Origin: Alphaproteobacteria bacterium
Lineage (GTDB): Bacteria; Pseudomonadota; Alphaproteobacteria; CAAHEQ01; UBA3637
Reading direction: 5' to 3'
Assembly (NCBI GenBank): GCA_017958225.1
Contig: JAGDDD010000004.1
Location: 1 to 54,708, forward strand
Length of the DNA: 54,708 nucleotides
Shown here piece by piece: positions 45,918 to 54,708 of the stretch. The translations under genes were made by a program, and so were the position numbers. The notes beneath the pieces were generated by a model, which saw nothing but the letters and a program-made list of their open reading frames with translations, did no database searches and was not told the origin of the DNA. Numbering within the stretch: the first letter of the stretch is position 1; every line of letters begins with the position of its first letter.

Positions 45918-46853
45918 TCAAGTCTTTTTTTTATCGCCGGCATATTTTTGCCGATATAAGCGACGCAATCCCTTGATAGCGACAAAGCGCGCGGAAAATC
46001 CGCAGACGGGTATTTTCTTCATATAGGAACTCAACCTCCCCTTCGCGCAAAACATTTTCATAAAGTCGGAATGTTTCAGCAACGCCCACATCCCGTCTTG
46101 CTCGATGATGCCACAGGTCAGACCGACACCGCCCGTTGCGTTCGCCTGCAAAGCCAAATCACCGGCAACACCACCCCAAATGGCAAAGAATCTGTCAAAG
46201 GTTTTCATGGCCAAACGGTCCTTGTTCTGCGCTTTTTGAGCAATCTGTGGTGCGGTAACTTTAGCCGAGCCACCCAGCGCCTGATAGATCAACTCCACAC
46301 CAGAGCCGGACAAAATACGTTCCACCGACACGCGCCCATAGCGCTTTTTTGCACACTCATAAATCGGCGCATCCTGCGGATCATACAAAGGCAAGGAGGC
46401 ATGGCCGGCCTCTGACGGCAACACATGTTGCTGATCGCCGATAATCGCCACGCCAAAGCCTGTGCCGGCGCCCATGACAACGCGCACAGCATGCGCATTC
46501 ATTCGACGTTTTGTCAAAGGTATTTGATCTTTTTTCTCCAGCCCGATAACGCCCCAAGCGGCCGCCTCAAAATCATTGTAAAAATAAACTTCACGCAGGC
46601 CGAAACGTCTTTTCAACACAGCGGCCGACACGCGCCAAGTCGTATTTATGTGCTCACCCCGCGCCATTTTTTTAGGTTGAGGGCATCCCCAAAACGCTAC
46701 TTGAGGCTTGCGCGACAAGGTCTTATAAAACGCTTTTAATGCCGCATAGGGAGAGGCAAAATCAGCGCAGTTATAAACCTTGGCGGGATGACTGTTGGCT
46801 TCGAAACGAATATGCGTTCCGCCCATGTCCGCTAGAAGAATTTGTCTACGCAT
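45918..46853 (-). CDS. glk: glucokinase
   Basis: ILLADMGGTHIRF N-terminus and EAGHASL; Glk-family length. Confidence 0.8.
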   Translation of the reverse strand: MRRQILLADMGGTHIRFEANSHPAKVYNCADFASPYAALKAFYKTLSRKPQVAFWGCPQPKKMARGEHINTTWRVSAAVLKRRFGLREVYFYNDFEAAAWGVIGLEKKDQIPLTKRRMNAHAVRVVMGAGTGFGVAIIGDQQHVLPSEAGHASLPLYDPQDAPIYECAKKRYGRVSVERILSGSGVELIYQALGGSAKVTAPQIAQKAQNKDRLAMKTFDRFFAIWGGVAGDLALQANATGGVGLTCGIIEQDGMWALLKHSDFMKMFCAKGRLSSYMKKIPVCGFSARFVAIKGLRRLYRQKYAGDKKKT

Positions 46854-47092
46854 GATGTCAACATGTCTCCAAAATATTCAAACACACAACCTGCGCTTTC
46901 GGAAATGCACAACAGCAGGTCAACCACGGTGTCCGCAATGTCTCCGTTCCATGACCGCTTAAAGCATTGACCCGATTGTGAAACGCAATGACGCATTTGC
47001 GACGATTCCATAACGCCCCATGTCACCAACGCCACGACCGCGAGGATAATCAGTAAATGCCCGATGCTTCCTTTTTGTGTTTTTGATATCAT
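46832..47092 (-). CDS. small Cys-rich single-pass membrane protein
   Basis: GGAGG RBS overlapping the ptsP stop. One TM helix and 6 Cys. 22-nt overlap with the glk start. Confidence 0.45.
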   Translation of the reverse strand: MISKTQKGSIGHLLIILAVVALVTWGVMESSQMRHCVSQSGQCFKRSWNGDIADTVVDLLLCISESAGCVFEYFGDMLTSCVDKFF

Positions 47093-47101
47093 AACGCCTC
47101 C

Positions 47102-49357
47102 TTAAATCACAATGTGATGGTCATAAGCAAAATGCCTGAGTTGTTCACGCAACGAGTGTGTGCGCGTTGATAAAATAAAGTTCAAATATTCGGCCACTTC
47201 CTGCGCGTCCATACTTAAAATCATTGCCTTGACACGCCCTAATGACGCCGCATTCATGGACAGGCTGGTATAGCCCAACGCAATTAAAACCATAGCGTCC
47301 AGCGGCTGATTGGCCATTTCTCCACACACAGAGCAAGGCACTTTATAGTAGGCGCAACGGTCGGCTACATGTTTTAACACGCGGATGAGTGCCGGCGACA
47401 GATTGTCATAACGTTCCCACAAAGACGCATCACTGCGGTCGATAGCAAATAAAAACTGGACCAGGTCGTTGGTGCCGATAGACACGAAATCAACCAGCGG
47501 CAACAATTCTTCCAATTGAAACAGCAACGACGGCACTTCCAACATGGTGCCGACATACACATGCGCCGGCAACTTGCGCCCTTTTTCTTTTTCGCGTTGC
47601 AGTTCAATTTCTAATGTTTTTTTGGCGGCAATAAATTCATCCACATCCGCAATCATGGGGAACATAACATATAAATCTCCACCCCCGACCGCATAGATAA
47701 AGGCGCGCAACTGCCCGCGCAGCAATGATCGTCGATCCAAAGAAATGCGGATAGAACGCCAGCCCATCGCCGGATTCGTCTCGGCTTTGCGTTGGACATA
47801 AGGCAGCACTTTATCCGAGCCGATATCCAACGTGCGGAAAATCACTTTTTTGCCCTTGGCATTGGCTAATGCACGCTTGTAAATGCGCTCCTGTTTAGCC
47901 ACATCCGGCAATTGCGCTGCCGACAAAAATGGCAACTCCGTTCTATACAAGCCGATACCGTCGGCAAAGCCTTCACTCAACGATAATAAATCCGTGGCCA
48001 AGCCGGCATTGACATTTAAGGAGACCGCTATGCCGTCTTTTGTCTGACAGGGCACATTGGCTAACTTGCCATACTGTTTGCGCAACCGTTCGGCTGTATC
48101 AATTTTCTTGCGCACCGACGATAACAAATCCGCCGGCGGATTGACATACACACAACTGTTGTCGCTGTCCACCGCCACCGTATCCCCTTGATGCACACGA
48201 TCTAACAGCCCCTGTAAGCCGCCAATAACGGGAATATTCAACGACTTGGCGACAATAACCACATGCATGGTGGGCGAGCCTTCTTCAAACAACAGGGCTT
48301 TAATTTTACTTCTGTCATAATCTAACAGTTCGGCCGGGCCCATAGAGCGTGCCACCAAAATCGTGGCATTCGGTAGTTGCTTATTTTTTTCTTTAACGTC
48401 TTTACCGGCTAAATATTGTTGCAGACGATCCGCCAAATCTTGGAAGTCGTGCACACGCTCTTTCAAATACGGATCGGAAATAATATTCATCCGCGCCGAA
48501 ATCTCATCGGCCACTTTTTGCACAGCCGCCGACGCGGTCAAACCGGCGTGGATACTTTCTTTGATTTTGGCAATCCACCCTTTATCGTGAATAAACATAC
48601 GATAGGTATCAAAGATTTCTTCGTTTTCGCCAATCAAGTCGGGTTGTGCCAACATTTCATTGACGGCTTTGCTCATCTGCTCCAACGCCATATCCAAGCG
48701 GCGAATTTCTATGGCATCATTTTTAGACACCACTTGTGCCACCGGCTCTGTGCGCTTGTGTAAATAAACCTTACCCAAAGCCACCCCGGGCACCAGGCGC
48801 ACACCATCCATACGGGAGTTACTTTCAATCGCCGACAAACTTTTGCGCCGACCGGTCGTATGTTCGGTTACGAACATTTGCGCCAGGACCATAGCCACCG
48901 TTTCCAACAGCTCAATTTCATCTTCGCCATAATCGTGATAGTCACGCGTTTGCACCGCCAACACACCGATGAGCCTTGTTCCGCGCAACACGGGCACACC
49001 CATCAACGAGGAGAACGGATCTTCTTTTGTTTCCGGCTTGAACACAAAACTGGGATGATTCCACGCGTCTGCAAACGATTGAGATTTCTTTTGAATAGCA
49101 ATTTCGCCAATTAGCCCCTCGCCCAAGCGCAACCGCGTTTCGTGAATGGCCGCATTATGCAAACCGAAAGACGCATATAATTCTAAAATATCGCCGGGCA
49201 ACAGGCAATAAAACGAGCATACATCCACATGCATCTCATTGGCCACCGCCTCGACAATAGCATCCAATTGAGCCTGTTCTGCCTCATCTGACGACATAAT
49301 CGCGCGCAATCTTTTCAACAGGCGGCGACTGGATAATTCGTTGTTTTCTTCTGTCAT
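47102..49357 (-). CDS. ptsP: phosphoenolpyruvate-protein phosphotransferase PtsP (EI-Ntr, GAF N-domain)
   Basis: 751 aa with a GAF region followed by the PEP-utilising enzyme core (...GGPTMHVVIVAKS-like, ...SIGTNDL...). Confidence 0.9.
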   Translation of the reverse strand: MTEENNELSSRRLLKRLRAIMSSDEAEQAQLDAIVEAVANEMHVDVCSFYCLLPGDILELYASFGLHNAAIHETRLRLGEGLIGEIAIQKKSQSFADAWNHPSFVFKPETKEDPFSSLMGVPVLRGTRLIGVLAVQTRDYHDYGEDEIELLETVAMVLAQMFVTEHTTGRRKSLSAIESNSRMDGVRLVPGVALGKVYLHKRTEPVAQVVSKNDAIEIRRLDMALEQMSKAVNEMLAQPDLIGENEEIFDTYRMFIHDKGWIAKIKESIHAGLTASAAVQKVADEISARMNIISDPYLKERVHDFQDLADRLQQYLAGKDVKEKNKQLPNATILVARSMGPAELLDYDRSKIKALLFEEGSPTMHVVIVAKSLNIPVIGGLQGLLDRVHQGDTVAVDSDNSCVYVNPPADLLSSVRKKIDTAERLRKQYGKLANVPCQTKDGIAVSLNVNAGLATDLLSLSEGFADGIGLYRTELPFLSAAQLPDVAKQERIYKRALANAKGKKVIFRTLDIGSDKVLPYVQRKAETNPAMGWRSIRISLDRRSLLRGQLRAFIYAVGGGDLYVMFPMIADVDEFIAAKKTLEIELQREKEKGRKLPAHVYVGTMLEVPSLLFQLEELLPLVDFVSIGTNDLVQFLFAIDRSDASLWERYDNLSPALIRVLKHVADRCAYYKVPCSVCGEMANQPLDAMVLIALGYTSLSMNAASLGRVKAMILSMDAQEVAEYLNFILSTRTHSLREQLRHFAYDHHIVI

Positions 49358-49366
49358 CAGATTGCC

Positions 49367-50215
49367 CTATCTTACCAAACGCACATCAGCCCATTCGGCT
49401 TCCGCCTTTTCATCCGGATTGCTAGAATCGTAAATCGGCAAGCGGAATACGCTCCAGTTTGTCAATTTCAGCCCATACGGATTGCGAGGATTTTTCACGG
49501 ATTGCATCCACGGCTGTATAGCGATTTTATAACGCTCAACCGCATAGGCTTCCGCACCCAAACATGTGGCACACGCTTCGTTTTGGAAAACACACGGACA
49601 GACGCGCCACAGCCCGTCGGAATTGTTCAAGAAAAACACATCAAAAATAATCTCATACATGCCGGTAATGCTGGTGTAATGAGAGGCGTGAATCCACACT
49701 TCCGTATTGATACCCTTGCTCCAATACCGAAAAGCGTCATCTTTAATCGCAGCCAAAGACGCCTGATTAGATGTGCCACCTGCCAGATATAGGAAATTCG
49801 AAGGATTCCATTTGTATTTCATATCATATTCATTGGGCAAAACCGTAAACAGTTCGCGCACAAACCGCACCATCTCAGCCTCCACTGCCAAACGAATACC
49901 ATTGATGCTGGTAGTGCGGCCGGGAACAGCTTTGATTTCTTTAAAAAACTTGTCGGCCTGATAAATCTGACTGCGCTCACCAGAGACAATTTCGGTGGTC
50001 ATGCGGGGAGAAACATACATGAGGATGAAGGCCAGCGCCACATTCAGCAACAGGCTCATAATGGTCGCCAATGTCAAGACACGAGCCGTCTTCAAATAAC
50101 GTCGTTCCGGCAAAGCGCGCACATGAATCCTTTCCGGATAAGCCCCTAACTTATCCCTGGATCCGGCGTCTTTTTGCACAAATAAATCGTGCAGCCCTTC
50201 AAGCAAAAATGACAT
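49367..50215 (-). CDS. bitopic membrane protein, VirB8-like (NTF2-fold) candidate
   Basis: Cytoplasmic N-terminus, one TM helix, then a periplasmic domain ending ...NPRNPYGLKLTNWSVFRL (compare VirB8 NPLGFQVTSYRV, recalled). Start trimmed to 50215 because the upstream part of the ORF is antisense to tRNA-Thr. Confidence 0.45.
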   Translation of the reverse strand: MSFLLEGLHDLFVQKDAGSRDKLGAYPERIHVRALPERRYLKTARVLTLATIMSLLLNVALAFILMYVSPRMTTEIVSGERSQIYQADKFFKEIKAVPGRTTSINGIRLAVEAEMVRFVRELFTVLPNEYDMKYKWNPSNFLYLAGGTSNQASLAAIKDDAFRYWSKGINTEVWIHASHYTSITGMYEIIFDVFFLNNSDGLWRVCPCVFQNEACATCLGAEAYAVERYKIAIQPWMQSVKNPRNPYGLKLTNWSVFRLPIYDSSNPDEKAEAEWADVRLVR

Positions 50216-50290
50216 GCATACTCCTTCGTCTTTCAGTGTAACAGAGGTTGGCAAAAAAACAAACAAAAAAATAGAAAAATAAAAAAAGAC

Positions 50291-50319
50291 TTGCAAAAAA
50301 ATCAATTTTCCTTTATAAG
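50291..50319 (+). promoter_or_regulatory. promoter TTGCAA-N17-TATAAG with upstream A-tracts for tRNA-Thr
   Basis: Hexamers lie 12 nt before the tRNA. An A-rich UP-like tract spans 50251-50290. Confidence 0.45.
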
Positions 50320-50331
50320 AGTAACCACTAT

Positions 50332-50407
<76 letters not shown>

Positions 50408-50432
50408 TTTCCCTTCTTTTCACAAACGATGA

Positions 50433-50461
50433 TTGACAATGCGCCATTTTTCATTTATAAA
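50433..50461 (+). promoter_or_regulatory. promoter TTGACA-N17-TATAAA for trpS
   Basis: Consensus -35 box, about 27 nt upstream of the ATG. Confidence 0.45.
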
Positions 50462-50487
50462 TGGCTTAAATAATCGTGGAGGTTTTT

Positions 50488-51546
50488 ATGAGTGTAATTC
50501 TTACCGGTGATCGTCCGACAGGACAGTTGCATATTGGCCACTATGTCGGCTCGTTACGCCGTCGCGTAGAATTACAAAACGCCGGCACCGCTGACAAGAT
50601 TTTTGTGATGATTGCGGACGCGCAAGCCATTACCGACAACGCCTACAACTTGGAAAAAGTGCGCACCAATATTCTGCAAGTGATGTTAGATTATTTGGCC
50701 TGCGGATTGGATCCGGCCAAATCAGTGATGTTTATTCAGTCGCAGATTCCGCAACTGTGCGAACTGACTTTTTATTACATGAATCTGGTGACTGTCGCCC
50801 GCTTGCAACGCAACCCCACCGTCAAATCAGAGATTCAACAACGCGCTTTTCATGGCGGTGTGCCGGTCGGCTTTTTCACGTATCCCATCAGCCAGGCGGC
50901 AGACATTACCGCATTCAGTGCGGACATTGTGCCGGTGGGCGCGGATCAATTGCCGGTGTTAGAGCAAACACGCGAAATCGTGCGCGCCTTTAACAGCCTA
51001 TATGGCGAAACTTTGGTCGAGCCACAAGCCTTATTGCCCGAAAATGAAGTATGCGCACGCCTGCCCGGCTTGGACGGTGGTGCAAAAATGAGCAAGTCAT
51101 TAGGCAACTGCATTTACCTGGCCGACAGCGCGGATGAAATCAAAACCAAAGTTCAAAGTATGTTCACTGATCCGACGCATTTGCGCGTTTCTGACCCCGG
51201 ACATACGGAAAACAATCCAGTCTTTATTTATCTGTCTGCTTTCTGTCGTGATGAGCATTTCAAAGCCTTTTTGCCGGCCTATCAAAACTTGGATGAGTTG
51301 AAGGCACATTATGAAAAGGGCGGTCTGGGCGACGGGGTGGTCAAAAAGTTCCTCAACGAAATCTTACAGCACGAGTTACAGCCCATTCGCGAACGTCGGC
51401 AACAATGGGAAAAAGACCTGCCGGCCGTGCGTGATATTTTACAAAAAGGCTCTCAAACTGCTTATCAGGAAGCCGACAAAGTGTTACACAAAGTGCGTCA
51501 GGCCATGCGCTTGAATTACTTTGATGATCCTTCGTGGTGTCAATAA
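50488..51546 (+). CDS. trpS: tryptophan--tRNA ligase
   Basis: GDRPTGQLHIGHYVG (HIGH) and KMSKS. ATG at 50488 with a ggagg RBS. Confidence 0.95.
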   Translation: MSVILTGDRPTGQLHIGHYVGSLRRRVELQNAGTADKIFVMIADAQAITDNAYNLEKVRTNILQVMLDYLACGLDPAKSVMFIQSQIPQLCELTFYYMNLVTVARLQRNPTVKSEIQQRAFHGGVPVGFFTYPISQAADITAFSADIVPVGADQLPVLEQTREIVRAFNSLYGETLVEPQALLPENEVCARLPGLDGGAKMSKSLGNCIYLADSADEIKTKVQSMFTDPTHLRVSDPGHTENNPVFIYLSAFCRDEHFKAFLPAYQNLDELKAHYEKGGLGDGVVKKFLNEILQHELQPIRERRQQWEKDLPAVRDILQKGSQTAYQEADKVLHKVRQAMRLNYFDDPSWCQ

Positions 51547-52013
51547 ACCGTCAGGTGCATGGCATAAACAATATATCCGTTCAGATACAACGCAAAGCCT
51601 GTCCATAACAATTCGGGCAGGAGCAGGAACGCGGCGGCCGGACTGGCTTTGTAAAAGTCGGCCATGGTCATACACACGCAAATCATCAACAAGATAGTCG
51701 CCAGCACGGCAGAACACGGCACACGACACACAAAGAACATAAAGGACCACAGCGCCACACATAACAACTGTAGCCAAAAGAACACAAAGCGTGCTTTTCT
51801 CCATGCTAATGTTGCCGCTAATGACATAAAAATAAACAAAACGGGCCAGACGATTCTAAAAACCATATCCGGCGGGGTCAGCACCGGCAAAGGTAAGGTG
51901 TGATACCAACGCTGTGTCGCTGCGGTCATATAAGTGGCGCTCAACAGGCCGACCGAGTTGGTAACCAACAGCCAAAACAAAAAGACGCCTATAAATCGAA
52001 AAACTTTTGCCAT
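51540..52013 (-). CDS. tspO: TspO/MBR-family tryptophan-rich sensory protein
   Basis: Five TM helices, Trp-rich (WYHTLPLP, VWPVLF). Start at MAKVF (52013). Confidence 0.7.
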   Translation of the reverse strand: MAKVFRFIGVFLFWLLVTNSVGLLSATYMTAATQRWYHTLPLPVLTPPDMVFRIVWPVLFIFMSLAATLAWRKARFVFFWLQLLCVALWSFMFFVCRVPCSAVLATILLMICVCMTMADFYKASPAAAFLLLPELLWTGFALYLNGYIVYAMHLTVY

Positions 52014-52130
52014 AACAAACTCCTTTATCCAACAAATGGATTCGCCACCGCAAAAAACGCAAGACTCTCTCAACGAAAACATAGGCTACACAAAAGGCGA
52101 CAGGCATCTTTGGTGGATACCAGCACATAC

Positions 52131-52160
52131 AAAAAAGCCGCCCGTAAAGGCGGCTTTTTG
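52131..52160 (-). terminator. rho-independent terminator after the PilT-like gene
   Basis: GCCGCC...GGCGGC hairpin followed by T6 on the minus strand. Confidence 0.55.
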
Positions 52161-52176
52161 ACAGGACTTATAACAA

Positions 52177-53277
52177 TTAGTCGATTTTCGGGAACAAGGG
52201 CTTGCCTTGCAAAATCTTTGTCATTTGCGCTTCCATCAATGTACCCAAGGCCATTGACTTATCACGAATAGCAATACGCAATCTGTCGGCTTCCAACGTA
52301 TCCGGATTGGCGAAGCAATACAAGAAGGACGGTGTCAATTTGACTGTTCCCGCCAACTTCTGATGGACCACGCCCAAGATACCGCGTGCCAATAGGTCGG
52401 CCGCCAAATCTTCGTTCAAGCCGGCCGCAGCCGCATATTTAATCAAAGACTTCACAGCATCTTCCAAGTTGTTCGCGTGAATAGAGGACAAGACCAAGTG
52501 GCCGGAAGTGGCCGCACGCAAAACTTCACTGGCTGTTTCCGGTGTTCGAATCTCACCGACGAAAATGTAACGCGGACGACTACGCAAGGCTGACTTCAAG
52601 CAACTGTCCCAGTTCCCATTGACAACTTCTGTCTGTTTGCACAAACCTAAGCCGCCTTTGCGCGCCTGGTAGATACCATCCAACGGCATTTCGGGAGGAT
52701 CTTCAATGGTATACGCAAAGCCACCCTCGTTTTCCAAATAATATTTCAGCAAGGCTGTGATGGTCGTTGTTTTACCCATACCCGTAGGACCACCCACCAA
52801 AATCAAGCCTGTTGCTTTGTTCAGCGAGGCCAGGTGATTGGCCAACGCGCTCGGAATCCCCAACTGGAAGAAGTCAGGCACTTTATGCGGCATACGACGA
52901 GCCGAATAGTGCGGACCTGTAACCGTTTGAATACGTTCAATACGATACATGCTCTTTCCATAAGTGATGGAGTAACTGGAGTTACCTTGATAGCCTTCTT
53001 CCAAGGCTTTATAAAAATCGATTAAATCAAGGCACTCTAAAACTTTTAACCCGTAGGAAGAAATACCGCCCCACACATACGCCACTTTTTCCGGCGTGAA
53101 GTAGATATCCGAAAACCATAAGTCTTCAAGTTTCTTGTCGCGGGTATCGCCTGTGCTGTTTTGGGGCAAGCCTGCCGATTCTTCTTTTGCTGGGGCAGCC
53201 TGTGTCGGAGCCGGAGCCGGCTGCGGCTGACTGACCAAAGAAGGATTTCTTACAATAGGATTTGGGGCAAAAATCAT
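52177..53277 (-). CDS. PilT/GspE-family secretion ATPase with Pro/Gln-rich N-terminus
   Basis: GPTGMGKTT Walker A, EDPPE Asp box, FVGEIRT Walker B, GHLVLSSIHAN His box. Confidence 0.7.
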   Translation of the reverse strand: MIFAPNPIVRNPSLVSQPQPAPAPTQAAPAKEESAGLPQNSTGDTRDKKLEDLWFSDIYFTPEKVAYVWGGISSYGLKVLECLDLIDFYKALEEGYQGNSSYSITYGKSMYRIERIQTVTGPHYSARRMPHKVPDFFQLGIPSALANHLASLNKATGLILVGGPTGMGKTTTITALLKYYLENEGGFAYTIEDPPEMPLDGIYQARKGGLGLCKQTEVVNGNWDSCLKSALRSRPRYIFVGEIRTPETASEVLRAATSGHLVLSSIHANNLEDAVKSLIKYAAAAGLNEDLAADLLARGILGVVHQKLAGTVKLTPSFLYCFANPDTLEADRLRIAIRDKSMALGTLMEAQMTKILQGKPLFPKID

Positions 53278-53434
53278 GACTGTTTCCTCTTATTTATTGA
53301 CGTCCTTTTTGTTTTATAGCGCTTTTTATTTTAAAAATCAAATATTTTATTAAAAAATATCTGCCACGCCCCCACAGAAAGTTTTTCTTGCTTATCTGTG
53401 CCAACCGTCTTATACTTTTTTCAAAGGAGTTCCC

Positions 53435-54307
53435 ATGAGATATTTACTGTTGATTTTCCTGTTTTTTGCCAGCCTGGGCACCGCGCACGCCCGCTTTGAA
53501 GTCGTGGCCACCACGCCCATGATGCACTCGTTTGCATCCCAGGTATATGGCAACCCCATGAACATCAAAACTTTGTCTTGCGCCCCCACAGGTTGCCGCA
53601 ACGCCTTGGGCACCGGTGACGCCGCGCGCTTGCAACGCGCGCAACTGATTGTCTGGCTGGGCACGGAACAGGCGGTTGCCCAGTGGCTCAAAGCCCACCC
53701 CGAAGCGCAGTCGTTCTCTGTTTTGACCCAAACTGCCGAGTTAGAGGTTGTGCCCTCAAAAATTGACCCGCAACAGCCAGATCCGTATGTATGGACATCG
53801 CCGGCCAATGCCCTAGCCATCTTGAAATCTTTAACCAAAAAATTGTCAGAGCTGGACCCGAAAAATGCGGCACGCTATGCCAAAAACCTGGAGCAATACA
53901 CCGATCGTTGGCAATTTTTTGACAGTTACAAACTGCCCACCATTGACACAAAATATCCGCCCTTGGTCAGCCTGCAAGAGGGTATGGAATACCTGTTCAA
54001 TTACTTAGGTCTGTCCGATGTCAAAACCTTTCCCGTGGATGAAACGCGCTCCAATTACATGCAACCGGACACAACGTTGGCCGGACGTATCAAACAACTC
54101 AATCCCGTTTGCGTTTTTGTCGGGCCCAATATCTCCAAGCATAAGCTCCTGCAACTCAACCTGCCCAAAAGCATCAAAATCGTTTCCGTCAATTTAGAAG
54201 GCAACCCCAAAAAGCAAGGGCCTTACTTATACAGAATCGTTATGAGAAAATTGTTTGCGGATGTGTATGAGTGCTTGGGTCTGACCTTGCCGCGCCGCAA
54301 ACGTTAA
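53435..54307 (+). CDS. ZnuA/TroA-like (cluster A-I) periplasmic solute-binding protein, ligand-divergent
   Basis: Signal peptide. DPYVWTSPANA...LDPKNAARYAKNLEQY resembles DPHxWLxPxNA...DPxNAxxYxxN (recalled). Confidence 0.6.
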   Translation: MRYLLLIFLFFASLGTAHARFEVVATTPMMHSFASQVYGNPMNIKTLSCAPTGCRNALGTGDAARLQRAQLIVWLGTEQAVAQWLKAHPEAQSFSVLTQTAELEVVPSKIDPQQPDPYVWTSPANALAILKSLTKKLSELDPKNAARYAKNLEQYTDRWQFFDSYKLPTIDTKYPPLVSLQEGMEYLFNYLGLSDVKTFPVDETRSNYMQPDTTLAGRIKQLNPVCVFVGPNISKHKLLQLNLPKSIKIVSVNLEGNPKKQGPYLYRIVMRKLFADVYECLGLTLPRRKR

Positions 54308-54708
54308 AGTTGCTCCAACGCTTCTTTAATCAGAGGAATTGTAATCGGGCGTTTTTGCGCTAACGACAAGCGATCGGCCACTTCAACCACACGCTCCATC
54401 GCCTCAAATGTGCGTTTTAAGTGCTTGAGCAAATAGGCAATCACATCGGCTTCCACCTTGACTTGACGATCGCCAAACAGTTTGCACAGCACCGCCGACA
54501 TCAACAAATCATCCGGCGGATTGATTTTGATTTGCGGGATAGCATTAAACCGTGTTTGTAATTCGGGCATCACAAAGGCAGGCACCTTACGCGCCGTAAA
54601 TACAACCTTCTTTTTGTTTTCCAGCGCGTGATTATACAGGTGAAATAAAACAGGCTCAGAAGCCACCTCATCTATATGCTCGACCACGCAACGCGCCGGC
54701 AATTGCAC
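54304..54708 (-). CDS. hda: DnaA-related regulatory protein Hda (C-terminal part; N-terminus outside the window)
   Basis: ...LFHLYN...VVFTA...LQTRFNA...DDLLMSAVLCKLFGDRQVKVEADVIAYLL... is typical of the Hda/DnaA AAA+ lid. The ORF runs off the window end. Confidence 0.6.
   Translation of the reverse strand: MQLPARCVVEHIDEVASEPVLFHLYNHALENKKKVVFTARKVPAFVMPELQTRFNAIPQIKINPPDDLLMSAVLCKLFGDRQVKVEADVIAYLLKHLKRTFEAMERVVEVADRLSLAQKRPITIPLIKEALEQL

Noticed and set aside
51540-51546. Functional link between trpS and the tryptophan-rich TspO gene
   Set aside because: The genes are convergent, not co-transcribed. The link rests only on their names.
53336-53362. AT-rich quasi-palindrome AAATCAAATATTTTATTAAAAAATATCT between the PilT-like and SBP genes, considered as a possible Zur/Fur box
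   Set aside because: Symmetry is only about 18 of 23 positions in a nearly pure A/T tract, and there is no clear match to the Fur or Zur consensus as I recall them. It cannot be distinguished from generic AT-rich promoter DNA.

Overview
This 54.7-kb window is a compact chromosomal segment. By inference it comes from a host-associated alphaproteobacterium: Hda, GAF-type PtsP, a Cys-less L36, an A29:U41 initiator tRNA and RpoH-type heat-shock promoters all point that way. About 55 CDS are packed tightly, with ATGA couplings and seven convergent 3' overlaps.

The core is housekeeping:
- leuS, lysS, trpS, mutS, dnaQ, dnaK-dnaJ, grpE, rph, rnd
- a short CCA/poly(A)-polymerase-family enzyme, comM, ptsP, glk, ftsB, hda (partial) and rpmJ (missing from the ORF track)
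- envelope/LPS genes: ampG, MscS, GT2, GT9 heptosyltransferase, heptose kinase, a DsbA-like protein, and two FadL porins flanking an XAT acetyltransferase
- signalling genes: a PhoR-like kinase, a GGDEF cyclase and a PAS-only sensor
- four tRNAs (fMet, Ser-CGA, Asp-GUC, Thr-UGU), all CCA-encoded, each with a near-consensus sigma70 promoter

Accessory content:
1. A Chlamydia-type aaxB-aaxC-porin arginine decarboxylase/antiporter module at the left edge.
2. A very AT-rich wHTH-methylase-EcoRI-family endonuclease cassette sitting as an integrase-less mini-island between 41-43 bp direct repeats at the 3' end of tRNA-fMet. It carries an unannotated 45-aa regulator candidate and an 18-bp perfect palindrome.
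3. A low-GC divergent pair of orphan genes (5377-7163). One of them is co-transcribed with a membrane metallophosphoesterase.
4. A leaderless S8 subtilase between two tRNAs.
5. Membrane proteins with histone-H1/AT-hook-like Lys-rich tails, and a DsbA-like protein with a (CxC-xxx)x4 motif.
6. Scattered pilin, PilT and VirB8-like genes.

I saw no rRNA, CRISPR array, transposase or integrase. Every call rests on reading the translations and the DNA by eye; no database search was possible.
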